From: Candidatus Latescibacterota bacterium
Lineage (GTDB): Bacteria > Latescibacterota > UBA2968 > UBA8231
Reading direction: 5' to 3'
DNA: 64,000 bases
NCBI GenBank assembly: GCA_965217585.1
Contig: OZ244561.1
Coordinates: 5,952,001-6,016,000, forward strand
Of the stretch, positions 19,631 through 31,470 are shown piece after piece (position 1 is the stretch's first letter; each line of letters opens with the position of its first letter). Below the pieces are notes generated by a model. The model was not told the origin of the DNA. It saw only the letters and a list, made by a program, of their open reading frames with translations, and made no database searches. The translations under genes and the position numbers were made by a program.

Positions 19631-19867
19631 TTAGCAGGCGAGCGATAGAGTCGAGGGTGCGGTCGGCGTCGTCGCTGGAGAAGCTGTCTTGGTGCGCCCT
19701 ATGGGCTTGTCCGTCAGGTGCGGATCATCGACAAAGCGCCGTATGGTATCCATGTGTACGCCACCGGCCTTGATTTTGTCTTGGAGTTCGCGCTCGACAA
19801 ATGGGCCAAGCCCGGCCTTGAGGAGTTCGAGTGCTTTGCCGACGCGTTCTTGATTGGTAATAGCCAT
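19631..19867 (-). pseudogene. frameshifted N-terminus (Swt1-like HEPN) of the DUF499 ATPase
   Basis: MAITNQERVGKALELLKAGLGPFVERE is the typical start of this family. The frame switches at ~19699. Confidence 0.82.
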
Positions 19868-20048
19868 GATATTGCTTCCTTATAAATAGCTGCACGGGCG
19901 ACCTTGGCCGCGATGAGACTGATTGCGCTAGGCCACAATTCAATCCGAGGGCCTTGGGACCGAGGGAGCAATTTTAGACGGCGTTGTTCGGCGAGATGAT
20001 AAGGGATTCCTGCCCCCGATAAGAAGACTTCTGGTGGTTTGCGAATCC

Positions 20049-20486
20049 TCAGCCGAGATGGGCGATTTCCACGTTGCCCCAATGCTGTTTTAGGTACTCG
20101 GCCACAAGCCGACGGTGACAGTGGTGCGGCTTGTCCTCGCTGCACAGCAGGCAGCCATCCGCGACGATCTCTTGCGGGATCGTCTCCTCAATTCGCCGCT
20201 CGCGCATGAGCGCGATGAAGCGGTCCTCGTAGGTCTTCCAGTCGCCGCGCCTTTTCTTGTAGTCGTCCAGCATCTCCTTCGTTGGGGCCAGTGTGGGCAG
20301 GTGAACGTACTCCATCCGGCAAAGCTCGCTGAGAAAGTACTCGAGGTCATCCTTCTTGGCGAAGCCGGCTAGTTGCGACCCATTGTTGAGCCGCACATCG
20401 ACGATGCGCTTGGTGCCCGATTGGCTCAATAGGTCGAAGAAACGGCGGGCCGACTTCTTGGTGAAGCCGATGGTAGAGAGTTTCAT
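20049..20486 (-). CDS. DUF488-family protein
   Basis: TIGF, DVRL, LAP, LLCSE..PHHCHR. Confidence 0.9.
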   Translation of the reverse strand: MKLSTIGFTKKSARRFFDLLSQSGTKRIVDVRLNNGSQLAGFAKKDDLEYFLSELCRMEYVHLPTLAPTKEMLDDYKKRRGDWKTYEDRFIALMRERRIEETIPQEIVADGCLLCSEDKPHHCHRRLVAEYLKQHWGNVEIAHLG

Positions 20487-21118
20487 GGGTTTGATTCCTC
20501 GGAGGTTGCGGCTAGGTTTTTGTCAACAAAGGCAACGCGTTTTGCCTGAAGCCCAACGGCCTCCGCGACCAGTTTTTCCCGTGGTTGAGTTGTGCGGAAC
20601 AGATCGTCGGCGGGATGTAAATTGAAACGGTCGAGCAAACGATCCATCGCCTTGCCGTGCGGCTCCAGTCGGCCATCGGCGTGGATGTGCGCGACCTCGA
20701 CACCGCGCTCGTCAAGTGCCGGAGCGACGAGGAGCGTCCGGTGGCATTCGAGAGGCTCCCGCTCTGCACATAAGAGCACAATGCAGTGATTAGCTGCGCC
20801 GTGAACGACGCGATCTAAGCCGTGTCGGAACGAATCCGTTTCGGCGACACGGTCGTAGCGGACGCGGCCGTCCTCGTAACAGGCGGGGTCATCGGAGCGA
20901 CCGCCTAGCGCCTGACCGAGATATACATACTCGATTCCACACTTGTTGAGACTGCTGGCTAACGATTCGCGATTGAATTGGGGATTGAAGCGGCTGTACG
21001 GCGCGGAGCGCACATCGGCCAAGGCTGTGACATGGTGCTGGTGCAGGAGCGCGATGAAGGAGTCCAAGGTGTGGTTGGAATGGCCGATGGTAAGGACGGG
21101 GTTGTTGGTCGTGCTCAT
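20483..21118 (-). CDS. DUF488-family protein
   Basis: TIGHSNH, DVRSAPYS, LGGR, LLCAE.EPLECHR. ATGA-coupled to the next gene. Confidence 0.9.
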   Translation of the reverse strand: MSTTNNPVLTIGHSNHTLDSFIALLHQHHVTALADVRSAPYSRFNPQFNRESLASSLNKCGIEYVYLGQALGGRSDDPACYEDGRVRYDRVAETDSFRHGLDRVVHGAANHCIVLLCAEREPLECHRTLLVAPALDERGVEVAHIHADGRLEPHGKAMDRLLDRFNLHPADDLFRTTQPREKLVAEAVGLQAKRVAFVDKNLAATSEESNP

Positions 21119-21128
21119 GGCATTATCA

Positions 21129-21812
21129 CTATTCTGCCCGAATGATCGCAGCAATCAGTTTGTAACATGCTCCCTCGAATGGTTCCCCAAGGCTGATGGT
21201 GAGGTAGCATCCGCCGATGTCATAGGTGCCATCCAGCTTCGCCAGATATGCCCGCTCGTATTCAGGATCGGTGACCCAGAGCTTATATCCCTTACCCGCG
21301 TGGACGAATTGTCCCTGTACACGCCGCTTGGGATTACCAAAGGCTTCACCGGGGTTGAATACCGCAAGGTTCAGCCGTTCTACATGGATCAGTCTCAACG
21401 AATCGGAAACCGAGTTTGCCGATTCGAGCAGCATTTTGTCGTTCTGGCCGTGGTACGTTCCTTGTCCGTCAATCCATAACGGGGCGATGGGATCTACAAG
21501 TTTAGGCAGAAATCGCCGCGAAAACGCACCTGTCTTCTCCCAGTAGTAGCCGGGATTGAGCAACCAATTCTCGGTTTGATAGTCCTTGGGCTGCGGCCCC
21601 AGAACCGGGATGTTGATGATGTCCAGTACCCGGGGATCGCTGCCGTCTTCGTATTGACGCTCGTACTCGGACACTTCTTGGTTTTCGCGTGCGCTCACGG
21701 GCCGGACCCAACTGCCAGCGCCCTGCTCCTTACTCCATTCCCGGCCAGCGATGCACCGTCCTGTCAGTTTCCGAGCGTTCGCCAGACAGACGATGTGCTT
21801 CAAGTCATGCAC
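21129..21812 (-). CDS. dual-OB-domain protein
   Basis: IVCLAN.RK..GRCIAG, WVRPVS, QTENW, LWVTDP, LTISLGE...YKLIAAI. Probable GTG at 21812 after AAGGAA. Confidence 0.75.
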   Translation of the reverse strand: MHDLKHIVCLANARKLTGRCIAGREWSKEQGAGSWVRPVSARENQEVSEYERQYEDGSDPRVLDIINIPVLGPQPKDYQTENWLLNPGYYWEKTGAFSRRFLPKLVDPIAPLWIDGQGTYHGQNDKMLLESANSVSDSLRLIHVERLNLAVFNPGEAFGNPKRRVQGQFVHAGKGYKLWVTDPEYERAYLAKLDGTYDIGGCYLTISLGEPFEGACYKLIAAIIRAE

Positions 21813-21844
21813 GAATGAATTCCTTTTTTTGCTTTGCCCGGCTT

Positions 21845-23074
21845 CTATGCTGCCGCCCAAATAACCAACCTCAACTCGCTGTCGTCAATCAGGTTGTATT
21901 CGGGGAGGCGGCCCGAAATTCGCTGGCACTCTTCTCGGATAATCGGCACGCCGTCACCGCGCCGGTCCATCAGATGCATCCGTCCGAGATCGGCCGGTGC
22001 GGGGCAACGGGCCAACAGGGACACGATGAGTTCGTTCCGGCTGGCTTGCCGCAGGTGCAGACTGTCCGGCGAGAGCGTATTCGCCAAGGCACCAGGGACG
22101 TATAGCTCAAGGCGGTCCCCGAACAGGTGCAGACGAATCCGCGAACCTGCCATTGAGTAGTCGCGGTGAGCCACCGCATTGACGAGCGCCTCGAACACGG
22201 CTCGCTCGCTGAACTGCGGGAGATCGACCCGGGCTGTCGTCTTGGTCGCCCGCACGAGCATGTTCCGCCGCACAAAGTGCAGAGCGTCCGCAACCTGCTC
22301 GTCGAGTGGTCCCTTTATATCGCGGGCGTCGGTCTGATAGTTGACATCGGTCCGCTCGCCCGCATAGCTGACGGCTTGTATGTATGCGTGGGGGAGCCAC
22401 TGTTGCGGTTCGCGCGTACCCAGCAGAACGCCGGCGAGCGTGAGGCGTGCAACATCGTCCTCGTTATCGGCCACGAGGCAGAGCTTGCGTGCCGCCTCCT
22501 CGGTGACGCTCTCCTCAATGGAATCCTCCCGCAGGAACCGGCGCGTCAACGAGTAGTTCAGATCGCCCGGCTCGGTGCGGGGCACCAGCGATTCGTCGAA
22601 GCGGATCGTGCGGCTCTGGCTGCGCTCTTGGAAGAGCCGCGCCAAAAGTTCGGCGGCCATTTCGCGCTTCGAACTGCCGATCCTGCGGAAGTACCCACCT
22701 GGGCTTTTGTGGACGAATAGGCTGCGGGCGATGTCGATGCGAATGACCGGAACGAGCGTTCCGGCGGCGTCCGGTAGTTCGAGCTTGAGGATGTCGACGT
22801 CGAGCGCGGGGTTCACCGAGTCGTTACAGATTTCGCGGACCCAGCCCTCGACCACATCCAAGCGCTCTAAAGGGATACCCAAGACCTCGCGGGTCGTGTC
22901 GTCCACTCCCAAGACGAGGGTTCCGCCGCGGCTGTTGGCAAAGGCGGCAAGTTCGTCGGCTAACTCGTTCCGATGCGGGCTAGTGACGCGGTCGCTGGAC
23001 AGCAAAACGCGCTTGAGTTCCAAGGTCGAGTCCTCACCAAGGCGGATGCGGCGAGCTATAGTGGTCTCGGTCAT
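21845..23074 (-). CDS. Schlafen AlbA_2 domain plus RecG-C-like (HATPase_c_4) domain protein
   Basis: GEDSTLELK, AAFANSRGGTLVLGVDD, EALVNAVAHRDY, RGDGV. Confidence 0.88.
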   Translation of the reverse strand: MTETTIARRIRLGEDSTLELKRVLLSSDRVTSPHRNELADELAAFANSRGGTLVLGVDDTTREVLGIPLERLDVVEGWVREICNDSVNPALDVDILKLELPDAAGTLVPVIRIDIARSLFVHKSPGGYFRRIGSSKREMAAELLARLFQERSQSRTIRFDESLVPRTEPGDLNYSLTRRFLREDSIEESVTEEAARKLCLVADNEDDVARLTLAGVLLGTREPQQWLPHAYIQAVSYAGERTDVNYQTDARDIKGPLDEQVADALHFVRRNMLVRATKTTARVDLPQFSERAVFEALVNAVAHRDYSMAGSRIRLHLFGDRLELYVPGALANTLSPDSLHLRQASRNELIVSLLARCPAPADLGRMHLMDRRGDGVPIIREECQRISGRLPEYNLIDDSELRLVIWAAA

Positions 23075-23087
23075 CCCGTCGTTCTCC

Positions 23088-25969
<2,882 letters not shown>

Positions 25970-25973
<4 letters not shown>

Positions 25974-26269
25974 GCGCAGACGGCTAAGAGTTTGCGGAAT
26001 GATTTGAATCGAGGATACTGTTTCCGATGCCGGACCTTCCATTCAATACGGCAGTAGGTGTTCAGATACTCACTGAGCACCATAGCGTCCATGATCAATT
26101 CGGCACCTACAGACTGCATGGATTTTAACCCGTTGCTATATTGCGCGAAGAATTTGCTCTTGCTTGTAGATGGCGGCGGATACAGGTAGAGCCACACGTT
26201 GGCATCGAGCAAGAACGTTTCGCCACAGCTAAACGAATAGGCCGCCAGATCGTGCGCCTTATTCTTCAT
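25970..26269 (-). CDS. PIN-domain protein, probably C-terminally truncated (99 aa)
   Basis: [10 protein letters not shown] and VLSEY.N are present. The distal D..I and T.D.DF motifs are absent. ATG at 26269 overlaps the STAS gene. Confidence 0.7.
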
Positions 26270-26615
26270 CGCCCAGTTCCTCCTGCCATGCCCGGTCAAA
26301 ATCCTCGGGCCTGCTGAAATACGCCTTGGCGTTATCGACGACGTGCGTGAGCATTTCGCGGTCGTCAGCAGCCAAATCGCGGAAGGAAAGCAACTCGTCA
26401 ATGCGATCCTCGGACAGCTCGCCGTAGAGCTGGCCTACCGCCGCGTTCAGAAACGCGGAGATAAGGATATCCACCCGCTCGAAGGAAAGGACAACCGGCG
26501 TCCCCGCCTTTAGGAGCGGAGCGATCTTGTCGTGCAGATGCTGGCCGTCCCTGGCGGATACGCACAGGGGACCGCCGATGATGTCAAATACTCGGACAGT
26601 AATTGGTTCAGGCAC
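26259..26615 (-). CDS. STAS-like domain protein (DUF4325)
   Basis: VSARDG...VVLSFERVDILISAFLNAAVGQLY. Confidence 0.85.
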   Translation of the reverse strand: MPEPITVRVFDIIGGPLCVSARDGQHLHDKIAPLLKAGTPVVLSFERVDILISAFLNAAVGQLYGELSEDRIDELLSFRDLAADDREMLTHVVDNAKAYFSRPEDFDRAWQEELGDEE

Positions 26616-26633
26616 GGGTTCACTCTTTCCTAT

Positions 26634-27506
26634 TTAAGACACGTCGTCCGTGTCGATCTCACTCTTCAAGAAATAGACCCCTTCATCAGCCGTGTTGATC
26701 CCAATCGTCACGGCAGTTCCAGGGAAGTCCGCCTCCATCTTCGCAAAGGTTTCCTTGTCGCAGTTCAACTCGTAAAACCCAAAGCGAGAGGCGATCTGAA
26801 TCTTCCCTTCATTCAGGCGGGCGAATTTCTGAAGAAACTCAAGGCCCAGCCCACCGGGATGAGGGCCGCTCTTCGTGGTGTGGAATGGCTCGAGTGCCCA
26901 TTTGAGAGCCGGGAGAGAATTGATACGGGGATTATTGAAGTAACGACGGACAGTCTCACGGATTCCGATACCGGCATCGGCGATGGTGAAGTCGAGGCGA
27001 TGCTGTTGCGGGAAGAATTGCCCACAGACGAAGACGCCGAGTTCTGATTCGGAATGGATGACGGCATTCTGATACACCTCAAAGACCTTTTTCTTGAAAA
27101 CCCGGCTCGCCCCTTCGGACATCCTGGGAATACCTCTGCCGCTAAGTTGCCGATGGATATATTCCTCGAACTCGCCTTCGTCACTAAGGCGTAGGCGGCG
27201 AAAGGGCATCGTTATGTAGTCAGTGTCATCGAGCGATTCATACCAATAATTGGTTAGAAACTGGTTTTTCCGAAGCACCTGTTCCACCTCGTCAGGAACA
27301 GCAACTATCTCCACGATGTTGAATTTGTCAGCCACCTGGGCAAGAATCGCCCCTAGGGGTGCAGCCATGTTGGCGTCGAAAAACGAGACCCGCGACATAT
27401 TGAGTTGCAGTCGGTCGGCAAAGAGACCTGCGGCCGCCTTGGCGAGGGCACCGATGCTCTCGAAGCCTTGGCGGTTACTATGTACGGTTGGTAGGTAATA
27501 GATCAT
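26634..27506 (-). CDS. histidine-kinase-like ATPase (GHKL), anti-sigma-kinase-like
   Basis: N box EVYQNAVIHS, G1 IADAGIGI, TTK..GGLGL, FPGT. No phospho-His dimerisation domain or TM segment seen. Confidence 0.85.
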   Translation of the reverse strand: MIYYLPTVHSNRQGFESIGALAKAAAGLFADRLQLNMSRVSFFDANMAAPLGAILAQVADKFNIVEIVAVPDEVEQVLRKNQFLTNYWYESLDDTDYITMPFRRLRLSDEGEFEEYIHRQLSGRGIPRMSEGASRVFKKKVFEVYQNAVIHSESELGVFVCGQFFPQQHRLDFTIADAGIGIRETVRRYFNNPRINSLPALKWALEPFHTTKSGPHPGGLGLEFLQKFARLNEGKIQIASRFGFYELNCDKETFAKMEADFPGTAVTIGINTADEGVYFLKSEIDTDDVS

Positions 27507-27700
27507 TGCGGCCCCAGCGTCGGAAAGAACTTTGGGCAGGCTGATAGATTGTCCACCATCTGCACGAAAATCACCGCCCGCGCTACGGCCAGCACAGATG
27601 CAGCGTGCTTAGATGTCCGCGCCGACGCGGCGTTGATTGCGTCGAGCGGCGGGGCGACTTCGACGAGCTTTTTGCGAGATCTGGCTGGCGGTGCGCTCAT
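27503..27700 (-). pseudogene. degenerate 5' fragment of a DUF1156 methyltransferase
   Basis: [20 protein letters not shown]...LAVARAVIFVQMVD parallels the first ~70 aa of 23088-25973, with the HLWWARR motif lost. Confidence 0.88.
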
Positions 27701-28164
27701 GGCTTGAGTCCCTTGCTGAGTGGATCGCCGCATTTGATCAATGCCGTTCTTCTCCGTTGTCCACGCAGTTGTATTTTCCTAGCGCGAAGCACTTTGAGGT
27801 CATTCCGATGGATCGTTTTCCCATGCGCAAGGACTGGAGCCAATTGGAACGAAACTCCTTGTGGGAGCCAGACATCAGCCATTCGGGCCCCTCCCTCAAG
27901 TTGCTCCAATACCTGACTGACGCTCAATCTGCCGCTCTTCAACTCAATCGGTGCTACCCAAGTCGCATTCCGTTCTTCGCCGACGAACAAATAGTCGCAT
28001 CGTTTCCAATTATTCGGAATTGACAGTGCGTCGCAGTCCATATCGACGAGAACGCTCATCGGCGGTGCTCCTGTCAAATCAATCCGACATCCGTCTTTAT
28101 CACAGCGAGTCTCATGGCAGTCATTGGGTACTTTGTTGGCAACTACTGCAACTGTTCCGTTCAT
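27697..28164 (-). CDS. small PD-(D/E)XK-like protein partnered with the AAA ATPase
   Basis: RCDYLFV...IELKSG...QLE pattern. ATGA-coupled to the ATPase. Confidence 0.65.
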   Translation of the reverse strand: MNGTVAVVANKVPNDCHETRCDKDGCRIDLTGAPPMSVLVDMDCDALSIPNNWKRCDYLFVGEERNATWVAPIELKSGRLSVSQVLEQLEGGARMADVWLPQGVSFQLAPVLAHGKTIHRNDLKVLRARKIQLRGQRRRTALIKCGDPLSKGLKP

Positions 28165-29699
28165 TCGGTTCTACTGTCCTCGATGCGATTAAAAATACTC
28201 ACGCTTTCGTTGTACAGCGCCGCACTGACTGCATCGTAATCGGTCGGATAGAGGCCGGTTTCCGCATCCAGCTTCACTTCCTCCACTACCGATCCCTTCG
28301 GGCGGAGCTTCGGCTTGAACAGCCATGCCCCCACTTGGTCGGAACGCAGCGCGCAATCCCCCTGGGGGATCTCCTTGCGGCGGGCCTTGGGAAGTTTGGA
28401 GCGCTGCACGATGTTGGCGAGCTCCTCTAGCACCCACTCGCTGTGCGTCGTGACGATCACCCTGACGCCTGCATTAACGAGCACCGCGATTTGGCGGGTG
28501 AATTCGACCTGCATGGCCGGATGCAGGTGCGATTCCGGCTCTTCGATGATCAAGGTCTCGCCGGGTTGGACGACATGGCGGAGATACATGACCACCGGCG
28601 CGAGTTCCGACACCATCGACGAGGTATTCATTAGGGGTAGGGCGTTCTTCCATCCGTCGGGTTTATAGAAAAACTGCGGGTAGCCCATTTCCGACGTTTT
28701 GATTTGAACCAGGCCTCCGAGGATCTCTTGCTCAATGCGCTTGGCTGGAGCGTCCGCTCCGTTGCGCCGACGTTCCGAAAGATCGCCCAACTCGATGAGT
28801 TGATTCAGAAAATCGGCGACAACGCCGGAAAGGTCTGGCAGCGGATCATCTCGGCGAAGTCGAGGTTGCGAGGCACGATTGATCAAGGAACTGACGAGCA
28901 CGCGATGAGCGTGCATCACGCCCGTGCGATCAGCGGGGAGATAATGGGCGGGGCGGCTGATTGGACCGAGGATACAGGAAAGGACGGAGTTGGCAAGGTG
29001 CTCCGACACTTCCGACACACCCGCCATTCTGTCTATATCGTTGCGCCAGCTAAGGAGTCTTGAAGAATAACCATATTTTCTCGGCGGTTTTGCAACCCGC
29101 AAAGGCACTGCCTCAGAGATCGCAGTAGTTAGCTGCGATCCCTTCTGCGTCATCGAAAGTGCGTATTTGAACGGTGCCGCGTTGCCACCTTCTCCCAATC
29201 CGCTGCTTTGCAGGGCAACCTCGGCTTGGGTGCTGCTCGAATGGCGAATCAGGTTCTTGGTGCCATTGACACCGAAACACCGCGTGATCTCCTCATTGAG
29301 TATCTCTTTAAAACCACCATCAACATTCCGGAGTAGAGGAAGCACCAAGTCTGTGACCGGAGCCGACAGAGTTGCATCGGGCTCGGGGTTTTTTACTTCC
29401 CATTCGCGCAACGCTTGGAGGATGCAGTCGAATTCGGCATCGGGCAGCCAAAGGTCCGGTTCCTCGTCCGCGACAAGCTCAGAAAGATCAATTAAGTCTG
29501 TAACCGGCCGAGTTATAGGATAGGGACCGGCCCTAAAAAACCGATGCAGTGCATAAATCAGGATCGCCAGGTAGGATTTCCCCGTGTTGCTCGGCCCGAC
29601 GAATACGGTCAGCGGACGCAGATCGATCTTGGCCTCGACGATCGGCCCGAAATTGGCCACTTCGAGTTCAAGTGAGTCTTGTTTGGTTAGATCGTCCAT
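28161..29699 (-). CDS. AAA_15/AAA_21 ABC-type ATPase
   Basis: NFGPI, Walker A GPSNTGKS, YLPADR, SSMVSE, IIEEPESHLHP, TTHS. Confidence 0.92.
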   Translation of the reverse strand: MDDLTKQDSLELEVANFGPIVEAKIDLRPLTVFVGPSNTGKSYLAILIYALHRFFRAGPYPITRPVTDLIDLSELVADEEPDLWLPDAEFDCILQALREWEVKNPEPDATLSAPVTDLVLPLLRNVDGGFKEILNEEITRCFGVNGTKNLIRHSSSTQAEVALQSSGLGEGGNAAPFKYALSMTQKGSQLTTAISEAVPLRVAKPPRKYGYSSRLLSWRNDIDRMAGVSEVSEHLANSVLSCILGPISRPAHYLPADRTGVMHAHRVLVSSLINRASQPRLRRDDPLPDLSGVVADFLNQLIELGDLSERRRNGADAPAKRIEQEILGGLVQIKTSEMGYPQFFYKPDGWKNALPLMNTSSMVSELAPVVMYLRHVVQPGETLIIEEPESHLHPAMQVEFTRQIAVLVNAGVRVIVTTHSEWVLEELANIVQRSKLPKARRKEIPQGDCALRSDQVGAWLFKPKLRPKGSVVEEVKLDAETGLYPTDYDAVSAALYNESVSIFNRIEDSRTE

Positions 29700-29754
29700 A
29701 TCTTCACTCTCCGTTTCCGCAATAGTCCGGCTCGCCTTTTATTCAATATTCGCC

Positions 29755-30549
29755 TCAAACCCTCCCAGGAAAAGACCGTCCTCGCACCTGCTTAAAGGGA
29801 GGCATCTTGGGCGCGTCGGTGACCGCTTCGTCGCGCCAGGAAGCCGCGCGCATGTAGTGCACGGCATAGCCCCTGCGCCGCGTACCGGTCCGATTGGCGT
29901 TGCTCTGGTGCAGCGTCAGGCTGTGGTGGAAGCTGATGCTGCCGGGGCGGAGGGGAGCGGGTCGGATGGGCCAGCCGCCGCTTTTTAGGTCGGCGACAAA
30001 AGGGGCCAAGCGCTCGCCCCGCAACATGCCCCAGCGATGGGTGCCCGGGGCGAAGTTGAGGCAGCCGTTGTCGAGGGTGGCCGCGTCAATGGCGGTCCAG
30101 GCGGAGACCAAGTCCATGGGGAAAATATCGCGCCAAGAGGCCGAGTCTTGGTGCCAGCCCTGTGCCGTACCCGTGCGCGGAGCTTTCATAAAAAGCTGGT
30201 CGCCATACAGCTTAATGTCGTCGGTGCCGAGCAGGTCGGCGGCGATATCGGCGATTTTGGGGTGGGTGACGTGGGCCCACATTACGTCGTCGTACACTGC
30301 TATGCTGTACAATTTGCGCACGGCCAGCACTTGGTCGGTGACGGCTTTTTCGCCGCGGCGGAAGACGGGTTCGAGCTGGATGCTGGTGTCGGGGATGTGG
30401 TCTAGCTCGCCGGCGGCAATGCGGTCAGTATGGGCCGCTAAAGCGGCTACCTCGTCGGGGGTCAGCACATCTTCGACGGTCAGACAGCCGTCGAGATAGA
30501 AGCGCTCTACTTGGTCAGGGGTGAGGTGGCGCAGGTTTTGTTGGGTCAC
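29755..30549 (-). CDS. PhyH-family dioxygenase, HxD
   Basis: WHQD, NGCLNFAPGTH, LHQSNAN. GTG at 30549 after AAGGAGGAG. Confidence 0.9.
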   Translation of the reverse strand: MTQQNLRHLTPDQVERFYLDGCLTVEDVLTPDEVAALAAHTDRIAAGELDHIPDTSIQLEPVFRRGEKAVTDQVLAVRKLYSIAVYDDVMWAHVTHPKIADIAADLLGTDDIKLYGDQLFMKAPRTGTAQGWHQDSASWRDIFPMDLVSAWTAIDAATLDNGCLNFAPGTHRWGMLRGERLAPFVADLKSGGWPIRPAPLRPGSISFHHSLTLHQSNANRTGTRRRGYAVHYMRAASWRDEAVTDAPKMPPFKQVRGRSFPGRV

Positions 30550-31451
30550 GGGACGGTCTCCTCCTTCAGTATAGACCGATAATTCTCCGCCCAAGCTTTG
30601 AGCGGAATATCCTCGTCTTGGGGCCGCCAGTAGCGCGACACCGGCAGCACCAAGGGGTCGTCGCCCGCATAGTCCGTGCTGCCGGTGCCCAACTCGCCCA
30701 AAAGCTGACGCCGCACCGGGTCGCATCCTTGCAAGACTTCTGGGGCTTGGTGCTCGTAATCCGAGGGGCGGATCCAGCGGTGCTGATAGCCGTAGTACAG
30801 GCATTTGCGCGGTTGGTCGGACAGATTGGGGGTCAAGCAGTGGTACAAGGCCGTGCGCCATACCAGCGCGGTGCCGGGGGCGACGTTGACTTCGACAATG
30901 CGCGCGGGATCGACGCGGCGCGCATTGTCGTCAATCCACGGCGATTGGCGATGGCTGCCGCGCACAACGCAAATGGCACCGCTCAACGGTTGGGTCAGGT
31001 CAGTTAAATAATAGCCGACCTTCATCTCCATAAAGGGCAGTACCCCATCGACAGCGGGCCAGCCGTAGTTGGGGCCGTCGGCGTGCCAGGGGAAAAAACT
31101 GTCCGGGGCACCCAACTCATGCTCGCCGTCGGCGGGATCTTGCGGCGGGCGCACATCGAGGTGCGACGTGCGGAGCTGGATATTGTAGCCCATCAGGTCC
31201 ACAACCAGAGGTAAAACGGGCGGATAGTCTACCAACTCCTTAAAGAGGGAATCAGCCGCAATATTGCGCATCTGAAAGGCTTGGCGGGGACCGATATTGC
31301 GCTCCCGTCGGTAGCGGTCGTACACCTCGTCGAGCCGTTGCAATAGAACAGCGATGCGGTCGGGTGGTAGGGCGTCTTCGACGAGAAAGAAGCCGTCTTC
31401 GTCGAATTGCCGCTGTTGTTCGGGGGTGATCTTTAAGGTGGTTTTGCTCAT
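30546..31451 (-). CDS. PhyH-family dioxygenase, HxD
   Basis: FDEDGFFLV, WHAD, VVRGSH, LYHCLTPN. Confidence 0.9.
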   Translation of the reverse strand: MSKTTLKITPEQQRQFDEDGFFLVEDALPPDRIAVLLQRLDEVYDRYRRERNIGPRQAFQMRNIAADSLFKELVDYPPVLPLVVDLMGYNIQLRTSHLDVRPPQDPADGEHELGAPDSFFPWHADGPNYGWPAVDGVLPFMEMKVGYYLTDLTQPLSGAICVVRGSHRQSPWIDDNARRVDPARIVEVNVAPGTALVWRTALYHCLTPNLSDQPRKCLYYGYQHRWIRPSDYEHQAPEVLQGCDPVRRQLLGELGTGSTDYAGDDPLVLPVSRYWRPQDEDIPLKAWAENYRSILKEETVP

Positions 31452-31470
31452 TGGACGATCCTTTAAGACG

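Noticed and set aside
19714-20145. 143-aa ORF between DUF488 and DUF499
   Set aside because: It overlaps both neighbours and has no recognisable motif.
30550-30861. N-terminal extension of the 368-aa ORF
   Set aside because: It overlaps the upstream PhyH gene. A strong RBS and GTG at 30549 give the real start.
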